64,000 nt of DNA from Dehalococcoidia bacterium (GCA_965232815.1 OZ247427.1:3609602-3673601), one strand, 5' to 3'; positions 8,914-17,798 are shown, numbered from the stretch's first letter. The notes: a model not told the origin generated them from the letters alone. A program made the numbers and translations.

Positions 8914-10166
8914 CCGAATCTGGACCCACCCCCAACGCCCTCACCGGCATCCGCGTCGTCGAGTTCGGCCCTTACGTCGCCCTACCGCTCACCGGCCGCA
9001 TCCTCGGCTCCCTCGGCGCGGAGGTCATCAAGGTCGAGACCAACAAGGTCCTCGATGAAATGGCCTTCATCCCCGCATGGTCTCGCGGCGCCGGCCAGCC
9101 TGAGTACCAGCGCGGCAAGCGCCGCATCACCCTCGACGTACGCACCGACGCTGGCCGCGACCTGATCCTCGAAATGGTCCGCATCAGCGACGTGTTCATG
9201 ACCAACTTCCGCCGCAACGTCCTCGATCGTTGGGGCATCGACTTCCCCGCAATCCGCCGCCAGCGTCCCGACTCCATCATCATGTGGCAGACCGGCCTCG
9301 GCGGCCACGGCCCCTACTACACCTACAAGTCCTTCGGCATCCTCGTACAGCACCTCTCCGGCGTGTCCCTCATGACCGGCCTCCCCGGCGACCCGCCTGG
9401 TGTGGTCAACACCTCCTACTCCGACTACCACACCGGCGTTTTCCAACCCGCCGGCATCATCGCCGCTCTCATGCGCCGCAACCTCACCGGCAAGACCGCC
9501 ACCCTAGAATCGTCCATCTTCAAGTCCGGCGTCGCCACCTGCGGCCCTGCCCTGCTCGACTACCAGATCAACGACCGCCCACCCGAACGCCGAGGCAACC
9601 GCGACGCGTGGGCCGCTCCCCACGGCGTCTACCCTTGCGCTCCCGACCCCGTCTCAGGTGATGCCGACCGCTTCATCGCCATCTCCGTCGCCGACGACCA
9701 CCAATGGGCCAAGTTCCGCCAGGCCATGGGCGACCCTGCGTGGGCATCCTCGCCCGAATACGCGACCCGCATCGGACGCCAGCGCAACCAGGACTCCCTC
9801 GACGCCGCCATCGCCGGATGGACCGCCACCCAGGATTCCGCCGCGCTCATGGACTCCTTGCAACAGGCCGGGGTCCCGGCCGGCATGGTTTCCCAGGGTG
9901 CCGACCTCAACGCCAGCGCCCACCTGAAATCCCGCGATTTCTACCAGGACACCCAGTATTGGGAGGCGGAGCGCGGCGTGAAGGCCACCGAGTGGGTTGA
10001 GGGTGACAGCGTGTCTTGGTCAATCCCCGCCAAAATGTCCGGCACCCCAATCGCGTTCGGCCAATACAGCAACATCGGCGAGGACAACGCCTACGTTTTC
10101 GGCGAACTCCTCGGCCTCACCACCACCGAAATCTCCGAACTGGAGGAAGCGGGCGTAATCTACTGA
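8910..10166 (+). CDS. Family III CoA-transferase (CaiB/BaiF)
   Basis: MTESGPTPNALTGIRVVEFGPYVALPLTGRILGSLGAEVIKVE. The ATG at 8910 overlaps the Uma2 stop (ATGA). The 8715 start in the ORF track is an out-of-context extension. Confidence 0.9.
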   Translation: MTESGPTPNALTGIRVVEFGPYVALPLTGRILGSLGAEVIKVETNKVLDEMAFIPAWSRGAGQPEYQRGKRRITLDVRTDAGRDLILEMVRISDVFMTNFRRNVLDRWGIDFPAIRRQRPDSIIMWQTGLGGHGPYYTYKSFGILVQHLSGVSLMTGLPGDPPGVVNTSYSDYHTGVFQPAGIIAALMRRNLTGKTATLESSIFKSGVATCGPALLDYQINDRPPERRGNRDAWAAPHGVYPCAPDPVSGDADRFIAISVADDHQWAKFRQAMGDPAWASSPEYATRIGRQRNQDSLDAAIAGWTATQDSAALMDSLQQAGVPAGMVSQGADLNASAHLKSRDFYQDTQYWEAERGVKATEWVEGDSVSWSIPAKMSGTPIAFGQYSNIGEDNAYVFGELLGLTTTEISELEEAGVIY

Positions 10167-10186
10167 CCGCACCCGAAAATTGAATC

Positions 10187-10206
10187 GGGCCGCCCGATGG
10201 CGGCCC
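10187..10206. terminator. Perfect 8-bp GC hairpin between convergent genes (bidirectional terminator candidate)
   Basis: gggccgcc-cgat-ggcggccc, followed by gttattcg. It sits between the CoA-transferase stop (10166) and the end of the minus-strand small ORF (10246). Confidence 0.6.
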
Positions 10207-10245
10207 GTTATTCGTAACTCGCAATTCCACGCAGCGCCGGGCAGC

Positions 10246-10404
10246 TTATTCAGATCCGCTTTCGCCGCTCTTCGGTTTTGCGCTGGACGGCAACTTGCCC
10301 CCCGGCGGCTTCCCCTCAGGCCATGCAACGTACGTACCTTTACGCGGCGCGGTACCCTTGATCACGCGCTTCCTCACGTATTTGGCTTTATTGGATGGCA
10401 TCAT
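10246..10404 (-). CDS. Small basic protein (52 aa), hypothetical
   Basis: Read by hand because it is below the ORF-track length cutoff: MMPSNKAKYVRKRVIKGTAPRKGTYVAWPEGKPPGGKLPSSAKPKSGESGSE. It starts 8 nt after the stop of the upstream 228-aa gene, with a GGGAG RBS between them. Confidence 0.35.
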   Translation of the reverse strand: MMPSNKAKYVRKRVIKGTAPRKGTYVAWPEGKPPGGKLPSSAKPKSGESGSE

Positions 10405-10412
10405 GTCTCCCG

Positions 10413-11099
10413 TCAACCGTTAGGATCGCCGTTCTTCAACAATATATCGTGGACAGTGGTCGCTGACCAGCCTTGCGCCGACGTACCGTGTTCCAGATAT
10501 TCCCTGTTGAAGAAGTAAGAGTACACCAAGGCCGTTGTAACGTCCCGAGAAACTATGAACTCGCACGGTTCGTGATGATACGCTCCCGGTTCGATCACGA
10601 TCTCATTCGGCTCCAATTTCCGTGCGACATCATCGATGGTGGGCCATTCGATGTAGGCGCTGCCATCCTCGCGGAACGCCTCCACATAGTAGTGTTCTAC
10701 GTCATCGTCGCTCAGCGGTTGGACCTGGTGGATCTGAAATAGACACTCCCGCACCTCCACCCTGACCTTCGAGCTGTTGTGCAGCGTCGCCGTCACCGCG
10801 ATGTGCGCGTACCCACTGCCCACCACGCGGCTGCTAACCGTTTGCGTAACCGTCAAATGCGGCTCAAAATCCCGAAACAGTTGCAGCTTGCGGTGCGCAA
10901 ATATCCCGCCTGCCACCAGAAGGAAAGCGGCCGCAAAAACCTGCATCATCCCCACCGCATCGCTCACCCGACCCATTTCGGGTAACCAGAGGCTCACCGC
11001 TGCAACTATCCCCACCAACCCGACAAGGATAACCACAACGATGAGGGCATCAGCCGCCAGCCGTATGCGGGATCCGAACAGTGCCTTTAACCGGTTCAC
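10413..11099 (-). CDS. Hypothetical membrane protein (two N-terminal TM helices plus a ~140-aa soluble domain)
   Basis: 228 aa. TM1 ALIVVVILVGLVGIVAAVSLWL and TM2 MMQVFAAAFLLVAGGIFAH, then a non-repetitive beta-rich-looking domain. No family recognised. The region is visibly AT-richer than its surroundings. Confidence 0.6.
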   Translation of the reverse strand: MNRLKALFGSRIRLAADALIVVVILVGLVGIVAAVSLWLPEMGRVSDAVGMMQVFAAAFLLVAGGIFAHRKLQLFRDFEPHLTVTQTVSSRVVGSGYAHIAVTATLHNSSKVRVEVRECLFQIHQVQPLSDDDVEHYYVEAFREDGSAYIEWPTIDDVARKLEPNEIVIEPGAYHHEPCEFIVSRDVTTALVYSYFFNREYLEHGTSAQGWSATTVHDILLKNGDPNG

Positions 11100-11123
11100 C
11101 CGATAAGTCTAGGCGGATCTCCT

Positions 11124-11416
11124 CCGGACTGTCCCACGCCCAGCGTCACCAATAAAGCGCCGACGCCACCCATAGCGGCGCCGGCGCAATTTACCCAGGC
11201 TCGAAACGTGGTCAGTTCTCGAAGTCGGTGATCACGCTCCGTCGCACGCTGCCGGCCTTCATGTCGGCACCGGACTGTCCCACGCCCAGCGTCACCAAAA
11301 AAAGCGCCGACGCCACCCATAGCGGCGCCGGCGCAAATTACCCAGACTCGAAACGTGATCAGTTCTCGAAGTCGGTGATCACGCTCCGTCGCACGCTGCC
11401 CGCCTTCATGTCCGCA
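11124..11416. repeat. Tandem duplication, 2 x ~146 bp (~96% identical)
   Basis: Copy 1 is 11124-11269 and copy 2 is 11270-11416. They differ at 6 positions including a 1-nt indel. Each copy contains the last 58 nt of the ADH coding sequence (..SVRRSVITDFEN*) plus its downstream hairpin gcgccgacgcc..ggcgccggcgc. Confidence 0.9.
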
Positions 11417-12450
11417 AACGCCCGATTGATCTCGGACAACGGCACTTCCTGCGTAACCAGCTCGTCCAGCTTCAACCGTCCCTGCTTGTAGAACTCGATA
11501 TACCGCGGCATATCTGTCCGGAACCGGTTGGATCCCATCGTGCAGCCCTGTATCGCACGTCCTCGCCGCAGGAAGTTCCCGGCGTCCAGCTCAATTTTCA
11601 CGCCCTCAGGAACCATCCCGATGATGGTCGCCATCCCGCCGGGCCGCAGCATGTTGTAGCAGTCCTCGGCGGTCTGCTTCAGCCCGATGGCCTCGAAGGA
11701 GTAATCCACGCCGCCGCCGGTCAGCTCCACGATTCGCTCGGCCACGTTGCCTGACGTAGCATCGATCACGTCCGTCGCCCCGAACTCCCGCGCCAGCGCG
11801 AACTTGTCCTCCGTCGTGTCCACCGCGATGATCCGCAACGCTCCGGCGAGAGCAGCCGCCTGCACGCAGTGGATGCCGATGCCGCCGCAGCCAACCACCG
11901 CCACCGTGCTCCCCGGCTCGACCCGCGCCGTGTTCAGCACCGCGCCCAGGCCCGTCGTCGCGCCGCACCCGATCAGCGCCAACTGCGGGAACGGGATGTC
12001 GTCCTCCACCTTCACCAGCGCGTTCTCGTGCACCAGCATCTCGGCGGCATAGGACCCCAACTGCGCAAATTGCGTGATGGCCTCGCCATCCTTCCGCAGT
12101 CGGGGCGGCTCGTTGCGACCGCGCGTCACCGCCCTCCGGTCGCACAGGTACGGCTGTCCCCGCGTGCAGAATTCGCAGACCCCGCAGAACACCGACAGGC
12201 ACATGATCACCGAGTCGCCGGGCCGCACGTAACTAACCTGCTCCCCGACCGCCTCAACAGTGCCCGCTGCCTCATGGCCCAGGATGCACGGCATCGGCGT
12301 CGTGTAAAGGCCTTCCACAAAATGCAGGTCGCTGTGGCACACGCCCGACGCTCCCGTGCGTACCAACACCTCGCGCGGCGCCGGCGCATCCACCTGCACG
12401 TCCTCCACCACCACCGGTTGGTTCACCTCGCGCAAAACTGCTGCTTTCAT
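11359..12450 (-). CDS. Zinc-dependent alcohol dehydrogenase (MDR family)
   Basis: MKAAVLREVNQPVVVEDVQVDAPAPREVLVRTGASGVCHSDLHFVEG carries the GxCHSD zinc-binding motif, and VVGCGGIGIHCVQ is the NAD-binding motif. Length 363 aa. Confidence 0.9.
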   Translation of the reverse strand: MKAAVLREVNQPVVVEDVQVDAPAPREVLVRTGASGVCHSDLHFVEGLYTTPMPCILGHEAAGTVEAVGEQVSYVRPGDSVIMCLSVFCGVCEFCTRGQPYLCDRRAVTRGRNEPPRLRKDGEAITQFAQLGSYAAEMLVHENALVKVEDDIPFPQLALIGCGATTGLGAVLNTARVEPGSTVAVVGCGGIGIHCVQAAALAGALRIIAVDTTEDKFALAREFGATDVIDATSGNVAERIVELTGGGVDYSFEAIGLKQTAEDCYNMLRPGGMATIIGMVPEGVKIELDAGNFLRRGRAIQGCTMGSNRFRTDMPRYIEFYKQGRLKLDELVTQEVPLSEINRAFADMKAGSVRRSVITDFEN

Positions 12451-12696
12451 CGATCAATCCCTCCGAACGATTGCTTCTTGAGTGCGGCGATGTTAACCGC
12501 GCCGCCGGCGAGCGTCAACAAACATGGGTCACCCATCGCCACTCACGGTTGGGATAACAGCCCCGCATCAAAACCGTCATATCGCGAACGCCTAAACCGA
12601 GCACATCCCAACCCTGCTCAGTTTCGCCGGCGCCCGCGAGCTTCCTAGATTGCCGTTCCCGAATCACGCCGCATCATCCCGCTCCGCAGGCAAACG

Positions 12697-12722
12697 AAAA
12701 CGGCCCCCCTCAGGGAGCCGTT
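12697..12722 (-). terminator. Hairpin + U-rich tract downstream of tRNA-Asp
   Basis: On the minus strand: aacggctccctgaggggggccgtt followed by ttcgttt. The aacggc/gccgtt stem has a GC-rich interior. Confidence 0.5.
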
Positions 12723-12745
12723 GCAAGAATCGCGTAATTTTTTAA

Positions 12746-12821
12746 TGGCGACCCGGATCGGATTCGAACCGACGATCTCTGCCTTGACAGGGCAGTATGT
12801 TAACCACTACACCACCGGGCC
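12746..12821 (-). tRNA. tRNA-Asp (GTC)
   Basis: Hand-folded cloverleaf: acceptor GGCCCGG/CCGGGTC, anticodon stem CTGCC/GGCAG, loop CTGTCAA, T-arm GTCGG-TTCGAAT-CCGAT, encoded CCA end. 76 nt. Confidence 0.9.
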
Positions 12822-13089
12822 ACATCATCGCGCAGCGTAACTGCGTAACGATAATTTTAGGCAGCAACCCGTTCGATTGTCAAACCAACCGCGTTGCGTC
12901 GGACGCCCAGCATTGGTCACTTTCCCAGCGGCCCGGACATCTTGGTTACGGAATCCGAATCACCGTAACGTGGCTATCCTCAATCGCGAACGGCCTGCGG
13001 CCCCTGGCATCCCGGTTCCATCCATTCAGATCAGCGGACAGAACCGAGCCAGCGATTAATCGGCTATGAATCGACGCTATCAACCCTGC

Positions 13090-14445
13090 TCATGACAACC
13101 GGCCGGTCAGGACTTCGCTGCGGCTGTTCCAAGACCGGTCCACCAGGTGCTCCATCGCATCGTTCGGCAAATGATGGTGCTCCATCACCCAGGCCATCTC
13201 GTCGGCCAGCGTGGTCCCGAATATCCCCGGATCGTCCGTCGCGACGACGAACGGAGCATCGCTGGCAATGAACTCTTTCACCGGATGGTGTTCGGGCCGC
13301 TCGATCCCCGCAATCCTCCGGTTGGATGTCGGGCAAACCTCGATCACAGACCCCAGCGCCCGGATGCAATCAATCGCGTATCGTTGCCGCTGCCTCACCT
13401 CTGCCAGCCTGGCATCGTCGTACTCGATCGTGAGCCTTTGGTCCCGCGGACACTCCCCGATCGTCCTCAACTCTTCCGCAACTCCAACGGCATCAACGCC
13501 GACTCCAAACTTCCCCAGCCCCTCTCTGTGCCGCAGGTCATAGTTCAGTTGGTCAATGCGCTCGCTTACGCTTTCTGACCGTCTGTGATCCCCGAACCGT
13601 TTCGGATCAACCCCCAGCGAGATGGCATGACCCAGGCGATGCGCCCCCATCTCCGCAGCCTCATGCACCCAGCGCACCGCGCTTTCCAGCGACTTGTCCT
13701 CGAAACTTTCACCCACGTGATACAGGATCGCCAACGCCCGCTCGGGAAGTCGGCGGTTGAAATCCTGCACCGCTTGAAAAAGCTCAAGTTGTTCCTTGGG
13801 AGGGTGCCCCTCCTCGAAGTAACAGAAATCCACCCCTGTCAAAAGTTGCCCCAGCGGCCCTGATGCCACCTCCTGCGTAACCTCCCAGGCCGGCCACGGA
13901 TCGTCTCGCGGCAGGCTTATCGCCAACCGGGGCTGCATGTCGGCATCCTCGCACTCCGCCAACGAGCCCAGCATCGCCAGCACCAATTCCTTCGCCTGCG
14001 CACGCGTGTATTTCGACCCCAGCGTCATCCTCTGCTCGATGTATCCGACGTTCTCCCGGCGTTGCCTGGCAACGATTTGGCGTATGAACGTCCGTATCCC
14101 ATCGATGAGAGTGGGTAGCGAAACCTGCCCTCCCGAGTACCTGATCGAATCGACTCCATGGATCAGCATGTCATACTTGGCCTGAAATCGTTCGAAGCTC
14201 CCGCCGTCCCCGTCACCGAACACGAACAACCGCTCGAATTCCCGTTGTGCGCCCGGCGCCCCGCTGCGACACCGCCCTATGATCTCCTCTACACGAGGAT
14301 CCGTCCCGTACACCTGCAGATACTTACGGCGATAAGCGTCCCAGTCCACCTCCCGCCCTCGCAGAAACTTCAGGAAGTCCGCAGCCCCTATGCACCCGTA
14401 AAAATGCGTGTGCACGTCCGCCAGTTTTCGCCGATGCGCGTACAT
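13090..14445 (-). CDS. Adenosine/AMP deaminase-family amidohydrolase
   Basis: 451 aa with the metal ligand motifs DVHTHFYG, HVGES, HRLGHAISL, VCPTSN and ATDDPGIF, in the order found in the A_deaminase family. It is about 100 aa longer than typical Add enzymes. Confidence 0.8.
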   Translation of the reverse strand: MYAHRRKLADVHTHFYGCIGAADFLKFLRGREVDWDAYRRKYLQVYGTDPRVEEIIGRCRSGAPGAQREFERLFVFGDGDGGSFERFQAKYDMLIHGVDSIRYSGGQVSLPTLIDGIRTFIRQIVARQRRENVGYIEQRMTLGSKYTRAQAKELVLAMLGSLAECEDADMQPRLAISLPRDDPWPAWEVTQEVASGPLGQLLTGVDFCYFEEGHPPKEQLELFQAVQDFNRRLPERALAILYHVGESFEDKSLESAVRWVHEAAEMGAHRLGHAISLGVDPKRFGDHRRSESVSERIDQLNYDLRHREGLGKFGVGVDAVGVAEELRTIGECPRDQRLTIEYDDARLAEVRQRQRYAIDCIRALGSVIEVCPTSNRRIAGIERPEHHPVKEFIASDAPFVVATDDPGIFGTTLADEMAWVMEHHHLPNDAMEHLVDRSWNSRSEVLTGRLS

Positions 14446-14665
14446 GCGCCGAGTCTACCATTGCCCATCAACCATCCCTGCCGGCTCATTCGCCACGCCA
14501 TGCCCGTCGCCGCTCTGTCCGACCGTCATGTCAATTCCACCGGCGCGCAGCCTACCGGCGCTCGCGGCAATCTCTCTTTGCCTCTCCCGGTAGCGAACTG
14601 TATAGTCAGGGCCAGCAATCATCAGCCTCGGGACACCGCCGCCCGACGCGACACCGGAGCCCAAT

Positions 14666-15916
14666 ATGACCACCCACGCTCAAGCTAACCCCGCACTCCA
14701 GCCGTTGCCTCTGCAGGGCCTTCGCGTCCTCGACGCCACCCACATCGTCGCCGGCCCCTTCTGCTCCATGATCCTCGCCGACATGGGAGCCGAGGTCATC
14801 AAGATCGAACGCCCCGGCCGCGGCGATCAGGCGCGCCTCAACGATCCATTCGTCGAGGGCCCCGACGGAGCCAAGGTCAGCGCCCGCTACCTCGGCGTCA
14901 ACCGCAACAAGAAAAGCGTGTCCCTCGACCTCCGCGACCCGGTCGCCAAGCGCGCCTTCGAGAACATGCTCCGCGTGTCCGACGTCCTGCTCGACAACTG
15001 GGGCCCGGGAGCCATGGGCCGGCTGGGCTACCCCTACGAACGCCTCAGCGAAATCAACCCCGGCCTCGTGTACGCCAGCATATCCGGCTACGGCGACAGC
15101 GACGGTCTGCGTGGCCCCTACTCCAACTGGCCGGCCAACAATCCCTGCGTCCAGGGCATGGGCGGCTGGATGATCTCCACCGGCACTCCCGAAAGCGGCC
15201 CCCAGATGGTCGGCGACAACATGGGCGATTCCGTCCCCGGTGTTTGGACCGCCCTCGGCATCATGCTCGCCCTCGAGTCCCGCCGCAAGACCGGCAAAGG
15301 TCAGCATGTGGACATGGCGATGTACGACTGCATGGTCGCCCACACCACCAGCAGCATGCCCCTCTACCAGACCAACGGACAGGTCACGACGACGGCCCGC
15401 GAGAACATGTTCTCCGCCCAACTGGCCCTGCGCGCGTCCGATGGCTACGTCGTCCTCGCCGGTGCCGGCAACGCCGACGATAAGTGGCGCGCCATGTGGA
15501 ACCTAATCGGCCGTCCCGAGCTTGCCGAGGACCCCCGCTACCTCGGCCGCGGCGTGGCAGGCCAGTTCTACTTCACCAACATCGTTCCCATCATCGAGGA
15601 GTGGTCCCAGCACATACCCAAGCGTGAACTCAACCAGCACCTACTGGACTGCGGCTTTTCCATGGGTATGGTCCAGGACACCGCCGATCTCGACTCCTGC
15701 CCCCACCTTGAAGCCCGCAATATGTTCGTCGACAGCGGCGACACATTCGGCGGCCCGTTCCGCACCGTCAACACCCCCGTTCAACTCACCGACTGCGTGG
15801 ACACTCCGGCCAACCCGCCGCCAACCCTCGGCCAGCACAACGCCGACATCCTCTGCGACATCGGCGGCCTCACCCCCGAAGAACTGGAACAACTCCAAGC
15901 CGAAGGCAAGGCGTAA
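14666..15916 (+). CDS. Family III CoA-transferase (CaiB/BaiF)
   Basis: LQGLRVLDATHIVAGPFCSMILADMGAEVIKIERPGRGDQAR. Length 416 aa. Third paralog in the window. Confidence 0.9.
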   Translation: MTTHAQANPALQPLPLQGLRVLDATHIVAGPFCSMILADMGAEVIKIERPGRGDQARLNDPFVEGPDGAKVSARYLGVNRNKKSVSLDLRDPVAKRAFENMLRVSDVLLDNWGPGAMGRLGYPYERLSEINPGLVYASISGYGDSDGLRGPYSNWPANNPCVQGMGGWMISTGTPESGPQMVGDNMGDSVPGVWTALGIMLALESRRKTGKGQHVDMAMYDCMVAHTTSSMPLYQTNGQVTTTARENMFSAQLALRASDGYVVLAGAGNADDKWRAMWNLIGRPELAEDPRYLGRGVAGQFYFTNIVPIIEEWSQHIPKRELNQHLLDCGFSMGMVQDTADLDSCPHLEARNMFVDSGDTFGGPFRTVNTPVQLTDCVDTPANPPPTLGQHNADILCDIGGLTPEELEQLQAEGKA

Positions 15917-15992
15917 GCGTACTCCGCCCCGCACCTTTCGATCATTGCCCTGTACCGCCCCAATCCGCTCATCCATCGCCCTTTGGCAATGT

Positions 15993-16103
15993 AGTCCGCT
16001 CATCCTGAGCCTGTCGAAGCACGCAACCCAGTCCGCTCTCCCGAGCTTGCCGAAGCACGCAACCCAGTCCGCTCATCCTGAGCCAGTCGAAGGACGAGCG
16101 GAC
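15993..16103. repeat. Three tandem ~36-bp REP-like units, the last one a complete palindrome
   Basis: The units are agtccgctcatcctgagcctgtcgaagcacgcaaccc, agtccgctctcccgagcttgccgaagcacgcaaccc and agtccgctcatcctgagccagtcgaaggacgagcggac. Only the last has the 8-bp stem gtccgctc/gagcggac. Confidence 0.8.
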
Positions 16104-16538
16104 GGTGTGCGTCGTAACAGTCAGGTTCCGCCCGTGTCCTTCCATATGTGGATTGGGATAATCAAACGGCCCCGGTATTCCAGGGCAATCGCGTCTTCAA
16201 TCCAATCAACAGTAACAGTGAGTGTGCATTGCAATTACTGACAGTGTGCTTCCACATCGGCGTCTGTACCTCTCGGCGACCCGCCAATCATCCGAAAACA
16301 ACCGCCTCAAAATATCCTGTCTATCCCATTCATCCCGTTTATCCAGGTAAAATTTGCCGTTGATTACTGCCAACTTCAACGGCGCCGTCATCGCCGATTC
16401 AGACGCGATTGCCTTGCCCGGTATCCTCTGGGGCCAACTCGAAAAGTCCCGAATGGTACAATCCGTTACGGTATCCGCCTCAACTCGCCTTGACCTTACC
16501 TCCTCTCGGCCCACCTGCACGGAGCGCAAACCACCGCC

Positions 16539-17798
16539 ATGCCTACTTTCCAGGCCCCCAGGGGCACCACCGACCGCCTGCCGCCCGAGCAGAAATACTG
16601 GCGCTACATCGAGAGCAAGGCGATGGACGTCGCCCGTCGTTTCGGCTACGGCCGCATCGACAGCCCCATGTTCGAGGACGCCGGCTTGTTCGTGCGTGGC
16701 GTCGGCGAGGGAACCGACATCGTCGAAAAGGAGATGTACATCTTCGAGGATCGCGGCGGCGACATGCTCACCCTCCGCGCCGAGGGTACCGCTCCCGTCT
16801 GCCGCGCCTACCTGCAGCACGGTATGCAGAACCAGGCCCAGCCCGTGCGCATGTACTACATCTGCCCCGTGTTCCGTTACGAACGTCCCCAGGCCGGCCG
16901 ATTCCGCCAGCACCACCAATTCGGCATCGAGGCCATCGGCGACCCCGACCCGTCCGTCGACGCCGAGGTCATCGAGCTTGCCTGGACCTTCACGCACGAC
17001 ATCGGCCTCTCCGACATCACCCTGGTAACCAACAGCATCGGCGACCCCGAGTGCCGCCCGGAGTACATCCGCTCCCTCAAGTCCTACTACGAAAAGCAGC
17101 AGACCCACATCTGCCAGGATTGCAAGGGCCGCCTCGAACGCAACCCTCTGCGCCTCCTCGACTGCAAGGTCGAGACCTGCCGGGCCCTCGGTGAGGAAGC
17201 TCCCAAATCCACCGAATGTCTGTGCGCCGACTGCGACACCCACTGGAACCGTGTCCAGTCCTACCTTGACGCCATGGGCATCGCCAACCGCGTCGACCAC
17301 CGCCTCGTCCGCGGCCTCGACTACTACACGCGCACCGTGTTCGAGATCCAGCCCGCCGTGGAAGGCGCCCAGTCCACCATCCTCGGTGGCGGGCGCTATG
17401 ACGGCCTGATCGAACAACTCGGCGGCCGGCACACTCCCGGCATCGGATTCGGCAGCGGCATCGAACGCCTCGCCCTCAACGTGCAACGGGCCGGCGTCGA
17501 CGTCCCCGACGAGCCATCCCCGCAGTACCTCATCGCCACCATCGGTGAGGAAGCCCGCGTCGAGGGCGTCCGCCTCGCCAACAGCATGCGCGCCATCGGC
17601 GTCGGTGCCATCCTGGCCAACGGCGGTCGCGCCCTGCGCGGCCAGATGCGCCAGGCCAACGCGCTGGACGTCTCGTCCGTCCTGATCCTCGGCGAGGACG
17701 AGGTGCGCGACGGCACCGTCATGGTCCGCGACATGGCCACCTCCAGCCAGGAAGCCGTAACCACCGAAGCGTTCCTCACCGGCCTGCGCTCCGGGTAA
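16539..17798 (+). CDS. hisS: Histidine--tRNA ligase
   Basis: FQAPRGTTDRLPPEQKYWRYIESKAMDVARRFGYGRIDSPMFE...LTLRAEGTAPVCRAY...FRYERPQAGRFRQHHQFG are the class II aaRS HisS motifs. Length 419 aa. Confidence 0.95.
   Translation: MPTFQAPRGTTDRLPPEQKYWRYIESKAMDVARRFGYGRIDSPMFEDAGLFVRGVGEGTDIVEKEMYIFEDRGGDMLTLRAEGTAPVCRAYLQHGMQNQAQPVRMYYICPVFRYERPQAGRFRQHHQFGIEAIGDPDPSVDAEVIELAWTFTHDIGLSDITLVTNSIGDPECRPEYIRSLKSYYEKQQTHICQDCKGRLERNPLRLLDCKVETCRALGEEAPKSTECLCADCDTHWNRVQSYLDAMGIANRVDHRLVRGLDYYTRTVFEIQPAVEGAQSTILGGGRYDGLIEQLGGRHTPGIGFGSGIERLALNVQRAGVDVPDEPSPQYLIATIGEEARVEGVRLANSMRAIGVGAILANGGRALRGQMRQANALDVSSVLILGEDEVRDGTVMVRDMATSSQEAVTTEAFLTGLRSG

Noticed and set aside
11124-11416. The two ~96% identical 146-bp copies as a template/variable repeat pair of a diversity-generating retroelement.
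   Set aside because: The six differences are not adenine-specific (t>a, g>a, g>c and an indel). The copies are directly adjacent. No reverse transcriptase gene is present.
13090-14445. The adenosine-deaminase-family gene as a RADAR-type (RdrB) defense deaminase.
   Set aside because: It is far shorter than RdrB. No RdrA-like ATPase or any other defense gene is adjacent. It is kept only as a low-interest note.
16104-16538. T-box or other leader upstream of hisS.
   Set aside because: I looked for the conserved T-box core (..AGGGTGGNACCGCG..) and for a specifier/terminator arrangement and found neither. Only a weak TACAAT box is present.
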